Source: Gemmatimonadota bacterium (GTDB lineage Bacteria; Gemmatimonadota; Gemmatimonadetes; Palauibacterales; KS3-K002). Taken from it: DNA of 64,000 bases. Both the position numbers and the translations under genes were made by a program. Of the stretch, positions 31,201-39,846 are shown piece by piece; within the stretch, counting starts at the first letter, position 1; the number at the start of each line of letters is the position of its first letter. The stretch lies in contig JBDHJS010000003.1 in NCBI GenBank assembly GCA_039586795.1, positions 16,358-80,357 on the forward strand, written 5' to 3'. The notes below the pieces were generated by a model, which did not search any database, was not told the DNA's origin, and saw only the letters and a list, made by a program, of their open reading frames with translations.

Positions 31201-34200
31201 TCGCTCGCCATCCTCGTGGCCGGTCACCTTGAGGGACTCGCGGCTCTCGAGGGTGCAGGAGCTACGGCGAAGGTTATCGGACCGCTCAAGAAGGTCGAGG
31301 TGTTCGTCACCCTGGCCACGGAAGTGGCCGGGCAACCCGGCGACGGCAAATGGAACGGAGCCTTGCCGTTCGCGCTGACGGCGTTGGCGGATCGGTTCGT
31401 TTCCCGAGGCGAAGGGCAGGTCGCCGTATTCGGGCTGAAAAGCAAAGGTGTAAAGGCCAGCATCACGCCGGCGATTGGGCTCACCGGCGCGGCGGCATCG
31501 GAGATCTTGCTCAAAGACGCCAAGCCGATGTGGTCGGGCGACTGGACGGAGGCTGACGAGACTGAACTGTTCGCAGCGCGCGTTCGCGATGCTGCGGCCA
31601 TAGCTCTCGGCTCGGCGACGATACTCACCGAACGGGCAATCGATCACGCGCGCAGTCGCATTCAATTCCCGGACATGTTCCAGGATCTGGATGGCCGCGA
31701 CGGCGTTGGCAAGTTCGGCGCCGTGCGTGCGCACCTGAGCCACATCGAGGCTTCACGGCTGGCCATCGAAACGATACTCAACGACTGCGATTGGACCGCG
31801 GACTCGGATCTCGAGGCGATGGTTGGAAAGGTCGCGGTCACGGATCTCTTCGGCCCCGACATGCCGAGCATCACCTATCGGGCGGGTCAGGTGATCGGCG
31901 GCTCCGCGTTCTCGGAGGAGGACATCTTCTCGAAGGCCTACCGCGACAGCTCGGTGTTCACTCACTACATCCGAGAGAACGCGGAGCTGAACGTGGAGAT
32001 CGGTTCGAGGATATCCGCGGGCGACGGTTCGCTGCTGGCGACGATCGCGCCTGACCTATCGGCGGCGCTGGACGTCGTGGCACGACGACCGATCTTCGAC
32101 TTCGAGGTGAATCGCCTACGCGAGGCGGAGATGCAGTTGGCGGAGAACATGCGCGGCGTGCTCTCTCAAGGACAGGAACCAGCCGTCGCCGAGGTCGTGC
32201 ACGACATCGCCGGCGAGCTGGTGACGCGACTGTATGTGTGGGCGCGCCTCATGGTGCGGGCCTACCGACGCCTGGAGGGCGCGCTCCCCGCCCAGCGTTA
32301 CCTAGAGGCCGTCCAGCTATGGGCGGACATCATAGAAGAGCGTCTGCTGGGCCTCGAGGATGAGCTCGCGCAATCCGCCGCTCGAATCGAACTGGGCACC
32401 GACGCGCTTCAGTTGGACGCCTACCCCGACGAGCCGATCGCGACCAGCGGACTCGACTTCGACCTGGACAAAGACGTCATCAAAGGTGAGGTGAACTACC
32501 GCTCCGGCGATTTCCTCTTGAAGCCGTTCCGCATCGATGAGACCCGATACACGCCCGAGCTACAGTGGGTAGACGATGTCACCAGAAACCACTACGACGA
32601 GTATCTGAAGGAGATCCGGGAGCGCTTCCAGACCGGCAGGTACAAGCCTTCCTTCGAACGGGAAACGGAGCGGCTTCACTGTATTCCTCGTGAGGATATC
32701 GACTGGACAGTGGACCGTGGCTACTTCCGCGTGGTGATCCCGGAGGAGTACGGCGGACAGGGTCGATCCAAAGCCGACTACTACAACCTGTGTCAGATCG
32801 CGAAGCGGCACGGCGACGTAAGTCTTACGCTCACAATCCAAGCCAACACTAGTATCGGGACCACACCAATGCTGCTGGGTCTGGATGAAGTGATAGCTGC
32901 CGAACGCGATCTCGCGGGCGCGGTCGCGAGGGCAGCCGATGTCGAGGCCGCGAAGTCAGAGATCGAAAAGCTGATCGAGATGATGTCGATGCCAGATGTC
33001 GATGCGCTGGCGAAGAAGTACATGGAGATTGACAAGAGCGTCCGCAGCTCGATCGGCAAGAGCAGGATTCTGAAAAAGGTGGTATTCGGAAAGTTCCAGT
33101 CGGCCTGGGGCAAAGCTGGGGCGGCCGGAATGAAGAAGGATCTTGTCGGTTTTCGGAAGGGCCTCGAGAAGGCGGTGGTCGCGCTGGGTGGTTGGCAGGA
33201 GCGAGTCGCAGCCGAACTCGATGAGATGCCGCGGCGTCGTATGGCCCACGAATTCTTCCTGCGGCTGATCTCGTCCCGGATCACGTCGGCCTTCTCCCTC
33301 ACCGAGCCGAGCGCCGGATCAGATACGGCTCGGGTCCGTACGGAGGCGCGCCTCGACTCGCGGAGCGTGCTGACGGATGACGACGGCGTGAAACACTTCT
33401 ATCTGGACGAGGATGATCCGGAAAGCCGTCGCAACCTGGCGGACATGCGACGATTCGAGTTTGACGGGCGCCGGATACTGTATCGGTACAGCGACGACGC
33501 CGATCCTGCTGAAGTCCACTCTCAGGAATACACGTACTCGGAGGACGAGGAGAAGTATCGCTACTTCATGATCGGCGACCGACGGGTCGACATCCACGAC
33601 ATGGCGATCGTGCGTGAGCGTGATGGTGAAGAGGTCTACGAGTTCTTCGTGCTGAACGGCGCCAAGATGTGGATCACCAACGGCCACATCGCCGGCGTCA
33701 ACGCCATCTACGCCCGGACTCCAATGGGGCTCACCGGGTTCATGGTCGATGCGCTGACGGATGGGTTCCTAGTCGGCAAGGACGAGGAGAAGACGGGACA
33801 GCGTGGTTCACCGACGAACGAGATCGGACTCACCAACGTACGCATCCCGCGCGAGTGCATGATCGGCATCGAGGGCCGGGGTCAGGAAAACGCGCTGGAG
33901 ACGCTCAACGTCGGTCGGACGGGGCTGTGTATCTCATCGACGGCCGGCATCGACCAGGCGATCGGCGACGCGACGGCCTACCTGGAAGAGACCGGGCGGA
34001 ATTCGTCAGCCGGAGTGCGCTACCGGTTGGGTCTGACGATGGAGGAGATGTATGCCGTCGAATCGATCGCCTACAACCTGGTCGGGATCTACGACGACAA
34101 GACCAGCGACATGCCGCGCGTGGAGTCATCGATTGCCAAGCTCTTCGGGACGGAAGGACTCCACCGAATGCTCCACTTCCTGGAGCCGGTGTATGGCATC

Positions 34201-36726
34201 GATGGTCAGACACAGCGTTACCGCATCGAGAAGGACCGACGCGACGCTAGGGTGATGACGATCTACGAGGGCACGAACGAGATCCAACAGTTCCTGTTGC
34301 TGAAGGATGTGATCGACATGGTCGGGCCGAGGCTGGACAAACTCGAGGAACTGGACGTCTCGGCTGAAGACTCGGTGTTCAAAGCCGAGGTCGATGCCCT
34401 GCGCGAGATGCACGCTGCGGTCAGGGAACGGGTGAAAGAAACACGTGCGACCTATAAGAGCGCCGCCTGGCAGCGCGCGTTGCTGCAGCCTGTGTTCTTC
34501 CGTCTGGCGCGAATGGTCGCGCTGCTGAAGACAGTGGACAGCGTTCTGCACCGCGCCGACTGGGTGGCGCGCAACCTCACGGCGGACGCGGACGCGTTCC
34601 GTCGGAGTTGGAGCGACAAGGCAGCGCGCGGCTTTGTCGCGAGAGCGCGCCGCGAGTTCATGCGGTTGGCGACGGGCTTTGATCGCGATTTCGAGACCTT
34701 GAAGGCGGGCGGCCGCACCGCCGAGTTGAAGCTGGCGGAGACGCTACTCGACGAAACGGAGATCGCCGCCGCGCACGGAAAGGCGGGCACCGGCGGGATC
34801 GAGAGGTCGCCGATCGATCGAGGTTTGGAGATCGTTGTAGCGCTGGAACGAGCGCCGCATTTGGCGCCGCGACCGCGCGTCATTGACGGCGAGCTGGCCG
34901 AGCACGTGTACGGATTCACGGCGGGAGACCGTCGTGCTCTGTCGATGGCTCTGGCTTTGAAATCGGCGTCGCCGGAGCGGGTCCGTGTGACGCTAGTATG
35001 TGCCGCGCCCGTGGAAGTGGAGGACGCGCTGCGCGCCGGGCTGGCCGCAGGCGCGGACCGGGCAATTCTGATCGACACGCGCGGGGAGTTGTACGAGGAG
35101 CATTCGGTTGCCGACGCGATCACCGGTGTTCTGCGACAACGCAACATCGATCCCGACCTGCTTCTTTCTGGCGCGTCGGAGGACGGCCCCAGCGGGGGCC
35201 GGCTCGGCCTCAGACTCGCGAGCGAATTGGACATCGAATGGGCCCCGAACGTGACCGAGCTGTGGGTGGACGGGAGCACGGCGGTAGTGACCAGCGAACG
35301 GTTTCCCGACAGCCTCATAAAGGCGGACCTGCCTGTTGCCGCATCGGTCGCGGGATCGGAAGGCGAGCCCGCTCCGGAGTTCACGGCCGCCGGTTTTGCG
35401 GAGGCGCTACGCAAAGACGTGGATGCCGTCCCGTTCCCAGACGACGCGGAACGCGCCGACGAGGAGCTAGCAACGACATCAGCACAGGCGACAACTGAGT
35501 CGCATGACGATGCCGGTCGCATCGATCCAGAGCGCGCCGCCGAGCTACTGGTTGAAGTCGGCGACCTGGGAGACGGCTCCGCCGTGCCGACGGGCGAACC
35601 ACATGCGGGAGCCATCGAGTCGGTCAGCGTCGACTCGTTGGATTGGCGCGGGGTGGTCTTCATCGCCGAGATCGAAGACGACAACCTGGTTAGAGACGCC
35701 AGAGCGCCGCTCGAGGCAGCGAGCGGCCTGGCAGAACGATCCTCTCTTCCACTATCGGGTTTGGTATTGAGCGAGCGTCTGTCCGATGACCGCCGTCGAG
35801 CGATCGCCGGACGCCTCGCCGCGCACGCGCCGTTCGGGCAGATCGTTTTCGCAGAGCACGATGCTCTGGGCGACGGCGCCTACCGCGCCTACGTCGAAGC
35901 ATTGGAGAAGCTGGTGGGGCCGGAATCCAGAACGCGCCCGACCTATCTAGTATCATCGCCGTGGCTGGCCGACGCGATGCCACCGCTGGCGGAGGTGCTT
36001 CGTCGATCCGACGTCGACGCGGACGAACTGGCCGGTGTTTCGCGGGTGGAGTTCCGCGACGGCGATGGTGTCGCGTTCGTCCAACCCGCGTACGAGCGTA
36101 AGTTGAGAGCACGACGTCACCTTCCTTACGCCGCTGACGCGATGCGGATCCTATGGTTCGAACCCGAAGTTACGTCGGAGCCAGGGGAAGCGACCTCATC
36201 GGATCCGACGGTAGTAGTGGTCGGCCTCGATCTGGACTACGATCCGCAAACAGATGCCCTGACCGAAGCGCTGCTCGAGGCAAAGAAGGCCCTTGGTGTG
36301 GTGACGTTGGAGAACGCCGAGTTCGTCATCGACGTGGGTGCCGGCCTGGGCTCCGTCGACAATCTGGACACGGTTGTGGAGCCATTGCGCCAAGCGCTGC
36401 TCGAGCTCGGGGCGCCGCACGTACTCATCGGCGCAACCCGCAAGGTGACGATAGATATGAGCTGGCTGCCGGAAGAGCTTCAGGTCGGGCAGACCGGCGT
36501 TCGAGTGAATCCGCGTATCATGATCGCGCTGGGCGTTTCAGGCGCGCCTCAGCACATCGACTGGGTGGGCGATCGCGCGGTGATCTTCGCGTTCAACATG
36601 GATGCGCAGGCGCCGCTGATGACGCTCAACCAGAGACGTGAACAGCCGAAGGTCTACCCGATCGTCGGCAACCTGCTCGAGACCGTCCCCCGCTTCATCA
36701 AGGCTCTGAAGCACGGACGCGATTGA
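28243..36726 (+). CDS. Giant multidomain flavoprotein: ETF-quinone oxidoreductase/FixC-like + FixX-like 4Fe-4S + divergent ACAD-like + acyl-CoA dehydrogenase + EtfB-like + EtfA-like (2,827 aa)
   Basis: Single uninterrupted ORF. Approximate aa positions: 14-400 FAD Rossmann (DVIIVGGGPAGITAAL) with ETF-QO/FixC similarity. 655-700 CP...CVKCETC 4Fe-4S. 900-1330 ACAD-like (ERAIDHARSRIQFP, YRDSSVFTHYIRENAE). 1480-2030 ACAD (FSLTEPSAGSD, MWITNG, IYEGTNEIQQ). 2160-2370 EtfB-like. 2450-2827 EtfA N- and C-domains (IALGVSGAPQHIDWVGDRAVIFAFNMDAQAPL, matching GISGAIQH...AINKD..API). Confidence 0.85.
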   Translation: MPLTNTSQEDMSAKLWDVIIVGGGPAGITAALRLAREDLDILVVEAAVYPGAENWSGAVYFAENLADPKVLGVDGLEAAPYEGRVVKRGFFSCNGLSMAGLEYENPETFKHCYTVLRPVYDRYLAEVARREGVTFLTETTVDGLIRRNDRVVGVHTDRGPVYGQIVFLAEGDASHLVSKEGFEGDAVRAKKNGQPAFLQGVKEVIQLEPEVIEDRFGVGPGEACCYEILLRNGVVDGKPVRLNMAGLLYTNRNSVSIGLVMPLDNLAEYRGDYNALMEWYKSLPPIARLIEGGEATSFGAKIIRSGGLAEMPRLVADGVVVGGAATGIGVDFPYPNFTGPATAMGRIFADAVLKLQSEGAEPRSGQLEELYVQPLKETSYYKDVDYLRDWPGFIEHTDALFSRQIDLLNGSSYAMTRPTLRFPHSWWETVRVVSETMKGRWSKTLKDLAGGSKALRMGRLIAKHMPAALLLSVPNTLLALMPFAYGKGPGKISLSFWVDGEESRTLPWYKRWSYARYRSALMKATAIVYANDGVPIRTKLDRAIGTLLRRFSLWEIVLGVLGVAVFWLTRGLQKLSDAIRYSRKKPTIEELTATFYGSWLTRWRAMTDLARAASTGQTHDAKLGEISYGGDVGSHIKVFFPPDKPGTLEDPSRSALWSVCPASVYQINVDRTMHASVAVNFENCVKCETCWRIEPQHVDWSRFGKHRLTYEVYTDADASLRQLLSERELRDTPEIEPSFWSATLTEAWPVGHVEASDALRSDITNARRAIDRAAAKCSELSDNIWLGPRVLEPGQVSWYISALEYFAVLADEAASVALSEPIEDWLIEHELAGAHLELLQAKRDLDLVTRGIREHAGSQKFFAGEADARQAAGHHLAGMREIIDRIALACRIPDDYVDPVAELRNQEQESPARAAAREELREHLAAIFDRGAIRRLEDGGSPEGAEIEALRESTRAALGDETQGAFDSWAPLTRSDILGELSRIDPSLAILVAGHLEGLAALEGAGATAKVIGPLKKVEVFVTLATEVAGQPGDGKWNGALPFALTALADRFVSRGEGQVAVFGLKSKGVKASITPAIGLTGAAASEILLKDAKPMWSGDWTEADETELFAARVRDAAAIALGSATILTERAIDHARSRIQFPDMFQDLDGRDGVGKFGAVRAHLSHIEASRLAIETILNDCDWTADSDLEAMVGKVAVTDLFGPDMPSITYRAGQVIGGSAFSEEDIFSKAYRDSSVFTHYIRENAELNVEIGSRISAGDGSLLATIAPDLSAALDVVARRPIFDFEVNRLREAEMQLAENMRGVLSQGQEPAVAEVVHDIAGELVTRLYVWARLMVRAYRRLEGALPAQRYLEAVQLWADIIEERLLGLEDELAQSAARIELGTDALQLDAYPDEPIATSGLDFDLDKDVIKGEVNYRSGDFLLKPFRIDETRYTPELQWVDDVTRNHYDEYLKEIRERFQTGRYKPSFERETERLHCIPREDIDWTVDRGYFRVVIPEEYGGQGRSKADYYNLCQIAKRHGDVSLTLTIQANTSIGTTPMLLGLDEVIAAERDLAGAVARAADVEAAKSEIEKLIEMMSMPDVDALAKKYMEIDKSVRSSIGKSRILKKVVFGKFQSAWGKAGAAGMKKDLVGFRKGLEKAVVALGGWQERVAAELDEMPRRRMAHEFFLRLISSRITSAFSLTEPSAGSDTARVRTEARLDSRSVLTDDDGVKHFYLDEDDPESRRNLADMRRFEFDGRRILYRYSDDADPAEVHSQEYTYSEDEEKYRYFMIGDRRVDIHDMAIVRERDGEEVYEFFVLNGAKMWITNGHIAGVNAIYARTPMGLTGFMVDALTDGFLVGKDEEKTGQRGSPTNEIGLTNVRIPRECMIGIEGRGQENALETLNVGRTGLCISSTAGIDQAIGDATAYLEETGRNSSAGVRYRLGLTMEEMYAVESIAYNLVGIYDDKTSDMPRVESSIAKLFGTEGLHRMLHFLEPVYGIDGQTQRYRIEKDRRDARVMTIYEGTNEIQQFLLLKDVIDMVGPRLDKLEELDVSAEDSVFKAEVDALREMHAAVRERVKETRATYKSAAWQRALLQPVFFRLARMVALLKTVDSVLHRADWVARNLTADADAFRRSWSDKAARGFVARARREFMRLATGFDRDFETLKAGGRTAELKLAETLLDETEIAAAHGKAGTGGIERSPIDRGLEIVVALERAPHLAPRPRVIDGELAEHVYGFTAGDRRALSMALALKSASPERVRVTLVCAAPVEVEDALRAGLAAGADRAILIDTRGELYEEHSVADAITGVLRQRNIDPDLLLSGASEDGPSGGRLGLRLASELDIEWAPNVTELWVDGSTAVVTSERFPDSLIKADLPVAASVAGSEGEPAPEFTAAGFAEALRKDVDAVPFPDDAERADEELATTSAQATTESHDDAGRIDPERAAELLVEVGDLGDGSAVPTGEPHAGAIESVSVDSLDWRGVVFIAEIEDDNLVRDARAPLEAASGLAERSSLPLSGLVLSERLSDDRRRAIAGRLAAHAPFGQIVFAEHDALGDGAYRAYVEALEKLVGPESRTRPTYLVSSPWLADAMPPLAEVLRRSDVDADELAGVSRVEFRDGDGVAFVQPAYERKLRARRHLPYAADAMRILWFEPEVTSEPGEATSSDPTVVVVGLDLDYDPQTDALTEALLEAKKALGVVTLENAEFVIDVGAGLGSVDNLDTVVEPLRQALLELGAPHVLIGATRKVTIDMSWLPEELQVGQTGVRVNPRIMIALGVSGAPQHIDWVGDRAVIFAFNMDAQAPLMTLNQRREQPKVYPIVGNLLETVPRFIKALKHGRD

Positions 36727-38248
36727 GCGGGAGGACGCCAAAGCGCCGGGCGAGAAGCCAGAGCAGCGATCCAGCTCCGATGACGACGAACAGGCAACGG
36801 AGCATCGTCCACGTTATGTCCGCACCCAGCCCAACCTCCGACTCCGGAACGAACCGCAGAACAAGGGCGACGGCGAGGAACACGATTGCGTAGGGCGCTA
36901 GGATAGATGCGATGAACGAGGCCGCCCTCACACCCGGCATCTCCAGTGCCCTGATCGCGGCGACCATGGTCAACGCGGAGTACGCCAGATAACCTGCTGC
37001 GGCGCCCCACGCTACACCGACGAGCCCGTACCCACCGAGAATCATGCCGGTCACGGCTCCGCCGGCTATTACGATCGCCGCGACCGTGAGGGCGACCAAC
37101 TGTTTCTGCCTGTTGAGCGATACGAGAACAACTTGCGGCATGCGCGTCAGCACCATGAAGAAGATCGCCGCAATGAGGACCTTCCCGGGAGTAATCGTCG
37201 GCGTGTACCTGGGCAGCAGCCAAACGATCGGCAGGTGAAAGGACAGGAAGAGGAGACCCAGCACCGGGCTGGCGAAATAGCTGAGAACCAGGCTGGGTCT
37301 CGTCAGGAAATCTTGAAGCTCACCGACCTCTTTCACTCTGGCGCTCTTCTCCATGAGGCGAGGATACAGCACGACCGAAACTGCCTCGGGCACCAGCATA
37401 ACGGAAACGACGAGATACGAACCCAGAGCATAGATTCCCATGCTCTCACGTGACATGAATATCCAGACGGCGATCTTGTCTACGTTCCATAATGTGATCA
37501 GCAGAGCGCCTGCAATCATGATCGGGAAGCCGATTCGCAGCAGTTCCCTCAGGGCGTCAAGATTCCACCGTGGACGAACGAACGGCGTGCTTCCTCCGCC
37601 CGCCCATAACAAAGCAGCGGCATATGAAAAGATCACGGCGACCAGAAAACCAGGCAGTCCGTAGCGCAGCGCTGCGAGTACCCCACCGACGCTAGACAGA
37701 AGCGCGAAGCCGACCATGATTCGCCCAGCCTGACCGAACCGCTTCCTGGCTCGCAACTTGACGTGCGCGAACCAATACAGTTGAGCCAGCGCGTGTAAAA
37801 CGGCGAGCATCAGCCATGCAACGCGCAACTCCGTCGACCAACCCCGCAAGAAGGTTAGCACGAATGCGGCGATCACAATCGCAAAGACCGCCGCACTGAG
37901 CATCGAGAACCCGAACACCGTGCTCTCGATCCCGCTCGCCCGCTCCTCGTTTCCAGCGCCCGCCGCATGAGCCACTTCACGAAGCAGCGCTTCGTTAACG
38001 CCTAGTTGTCCGTATTGGAGGAACTGGAGCGCGATCTTTATCTGTGACCAGACACCGAACAGCGCCGGCCCCAGGACCCGCGCGAGCAGCAACCCGCGCA
38101 GCAGGAAGAGGAACTCAGAGAGGTAACGCGCGATGGAATAGTCCGAGAAGTGCGCCCAGACAGACCGTTCGCTATCCGCGAGGTCCAATACCGCGGGCGC
38201 GGTGCGGCCGCCCGTTTCATCGTTAGCAGCAGGGGGCAATTCGGACAT
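36698..38248 (-). CDS. Polysaccharide biosynthesis protein / oligosaccharide flippase (Wzx-like, MOP superfamily)
   Basis: 516 aa with about 12-14 predicted TM helices and N-terminal similarity to Wzx/RfbX flippases. Its 3' end overlaps the giant gene's 3' end by 29 nt (convergent). Confidence 0.65.
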   Translation of the reverse strand: MSELPPAANDETGGRTAPAVLDLADSERSVWAHFSDYSIARYLSEFLFLLRGLLLARVLGPALFGVWSQIKIALQFLQYGQLGVNEALLREVAHAAGAGNEERASGIESTVFGFSMLSAAVFAIVIAAFVLTFLRGWSTELRVAWLMLAVLHALAQLYWFAHVKLRARKRFGQAGRIMVGFALLSSVGGVLAALRYGLPGFLVAVIFSYAAALLWAGGGSTPFVRPRWNLDALRELLRIGFPIMIAGALLITLWNVDKIAVWIFMSRESMGIYALGSYLVVSVMLVPEAVSVVLYPRLMEKSARVKEVGELQDFLTRPSLVLSYFASPVLGLLFLSFHLPIVWLLPRYTPTITPGKVLIAAIFFMVLTRMPQVVLVSLNRQKQLVALTVAAIVIAGGAVTGMILGGYGLVGVAWGAAAGYLAYSALTMVAAIRALEMPGVRAASFIASILAPYAIVFLAVALVLRFVPESEVGLGADITWTMLRCLFVVIGAGSLLWLLARRFGVLPLNRVRASEP

Positions 38249-38374
38249 CGCATGGTTTGTTGGTGACCGAAGCGCTCGCTCACTGTTAGGGTCAACGGTA
38301 CACTGGCCGACAGGCGTCGGGATGGCAAGCGCGAGGCCAGCGACAGCTCAGTGTCGCTGGCGCAGTCCCTGGTC

Positions 38375-39604
38375 TCAGGAGGGATCGTGAATGACGCCGA
38401 TGAAGAGGATGGTGCCGGAGAAGCGTTCACGGATCGCGAAGAGAAACGGCCTATCGACACGCACAGCCATCGGCGCGCTGGTAACACCCACCTCGACAGA
38501 GGTGACAGCGGCCGCCTCGGTGCCCTCTTCGTTGACATCGACAAAGGTCTTGTGTTTGACTTTGCTGATGAAGAGCTGAGCCTGGTCGTTGATCCTGGAG
38601 AAATCGGCGTTCAGTTCGTCGAAGGCGATCTCCATGCCGAGGGCCTTCAGCGCTTCGTTCAACTCGATCTCGTACTCGAGGGTGAACTTGGGGAGGTACA
38701 CCTCCATTTCAGCGGCCAGCAGCCCGTCGATCCAACCCTGCCATGTGGCCGCGTCAATCGAAGCGACCAGCGAATCGATGTCACGACCACGGTCCGGCAG
38801 AACGATCGTCATGCTATACGCCTTACCGCCATACGGAAGGTCGGCTACAAGAACGCCTTCATCGTAGTAGGATCGCAATTCCGCTTCGCCGCCGTGGGTC
38901 ATCATCGGCACCTGGACCGTACCGCCGTCGGCCAGGGTGAAGACGCCAGGCGCGGTCCGATCCGGATCGAATTGGGTGGTCCAGTTCCCCTTGAAGTAGA
39001 TGGCATTGATGAGGAACATGATGATCTCGGGCGCGATCGCATCGACAATCTCACTGATCCGACCGTTGGTTTTATCGTCTACCCAGCTGTTGATGATCCC
39101 CGGTGCGCCAGGGTCGTCGAAGTCGAGCGTCGCCACCTCGGCGTCGAAGTGCTCGATGTTTACATCGATGAAATCCTGTTCGACGGGAAAGTTCTCACGA
39201 ATCCAGATCGAGTTGGCCAGAGTGAACTGCACGGAAGAGTCGAGGTTAGCAAGAAGATCGATCAGGCTGCGATAGGAGTCGTTTACGTCATCGATCGATA
39301 GCCCCTGTAGCTCGAGCGTCTCTTGCATAGCCTCGAGCGTTGTGCCATCGGCGCCGTTGTATACCATGCCGAGCGCCATGGCGACGCTGAGCGGTGATAG
39401 AAAGATGTTGGCACCAACTTCCTCGCCCTGATGAACTTCGCGGAAGAGCTTGAGGCCGAAGCTGTTGTCCGACTCGATGAGCTGCTCTTCACCCGCTTCG
39501 AGGTCGCGAGGAAGCCCTTCGATCTGCGGATTCTGGATATCTTCGTCGCATCCCAGCGCGACCAGCACCCAAAGACCCGCTACGATAGCTGTGAGTCGTC
39601 TCAT
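38375..39604 (-). CDS. Serpin (serine protease inhibitor) family lipoprotein
   Basis: Lipobox LVALGC. Serpin blocks NIFLSPLSVAMALGMVYNGA and C-terminal PFLFAIRERFSGTILFIGVIHDP; the ~400-aa length fits. Confidence 0.8.
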   Translation of the reverse strand: MRRLTAIVAGLWVLVALGCDEDIQNPQIEGLPRDLEAGEEQLIESDNSFGLKLFREVHQGEEVGANIFLSPLSVAMALGMVYNGADGTTLEAMQETLELQGLSIDDVNDSYRSLIDLLANLDSSVQFTLANSIWIRENFPVEQDFIDVNIEHFDAEVATLDFDDPGAPGIINSWVDDKTNGRISEIVDAIAPEIIMFLINAIYFKGNWTTQFDPDRTAPGVFTLADGGTVQVPMMTHGGEAELRSYYDEGVLVADLPYGGKAYSMTIVLPDRGRDIDSLVASIDAATWQGWIDGLLAAEMEVYLPKFTLEYEIELNEALKALGMEIAFDELNADFSRINDQAQLFISKVKHKTFVDVNEEGTEAAAVTSVEVGVTSAPMAVRVDRPFLFAIRERFSGTILFIGVIHDPS

Positions 39605-39846
39605 CGCTCAGCTCCCAACTTGACTGGCTCTCTAACCGGCAAACGGCACACGGCAGCCGGTACGACGTCTAACCCCATTTAGAACGTCAACCGTATGCCG
39701 CATACCGCTTACCGAAATATTCCACCTGCCTCGTTTCCTCTGTCCGGGCCTAATTTAGATGTCGCCAACCCGCCGAAAGTTAAATGGGCCGCCGTGGCGG
39801 AACCCTGGAAGGCCGCCAGCGGTTCTAGCCAGCGAGGAGGCCGTAA

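Noticed and set aside
36136-36152. GGTTCGAACCC, a tRNA T-arm-like motif.
   Set aside because: It lies inside the giant CDS with no surrounding cloverleaf (no acceptor stem or anticodon arm), so it is coincidental. No tRNA genes were detected in the window.
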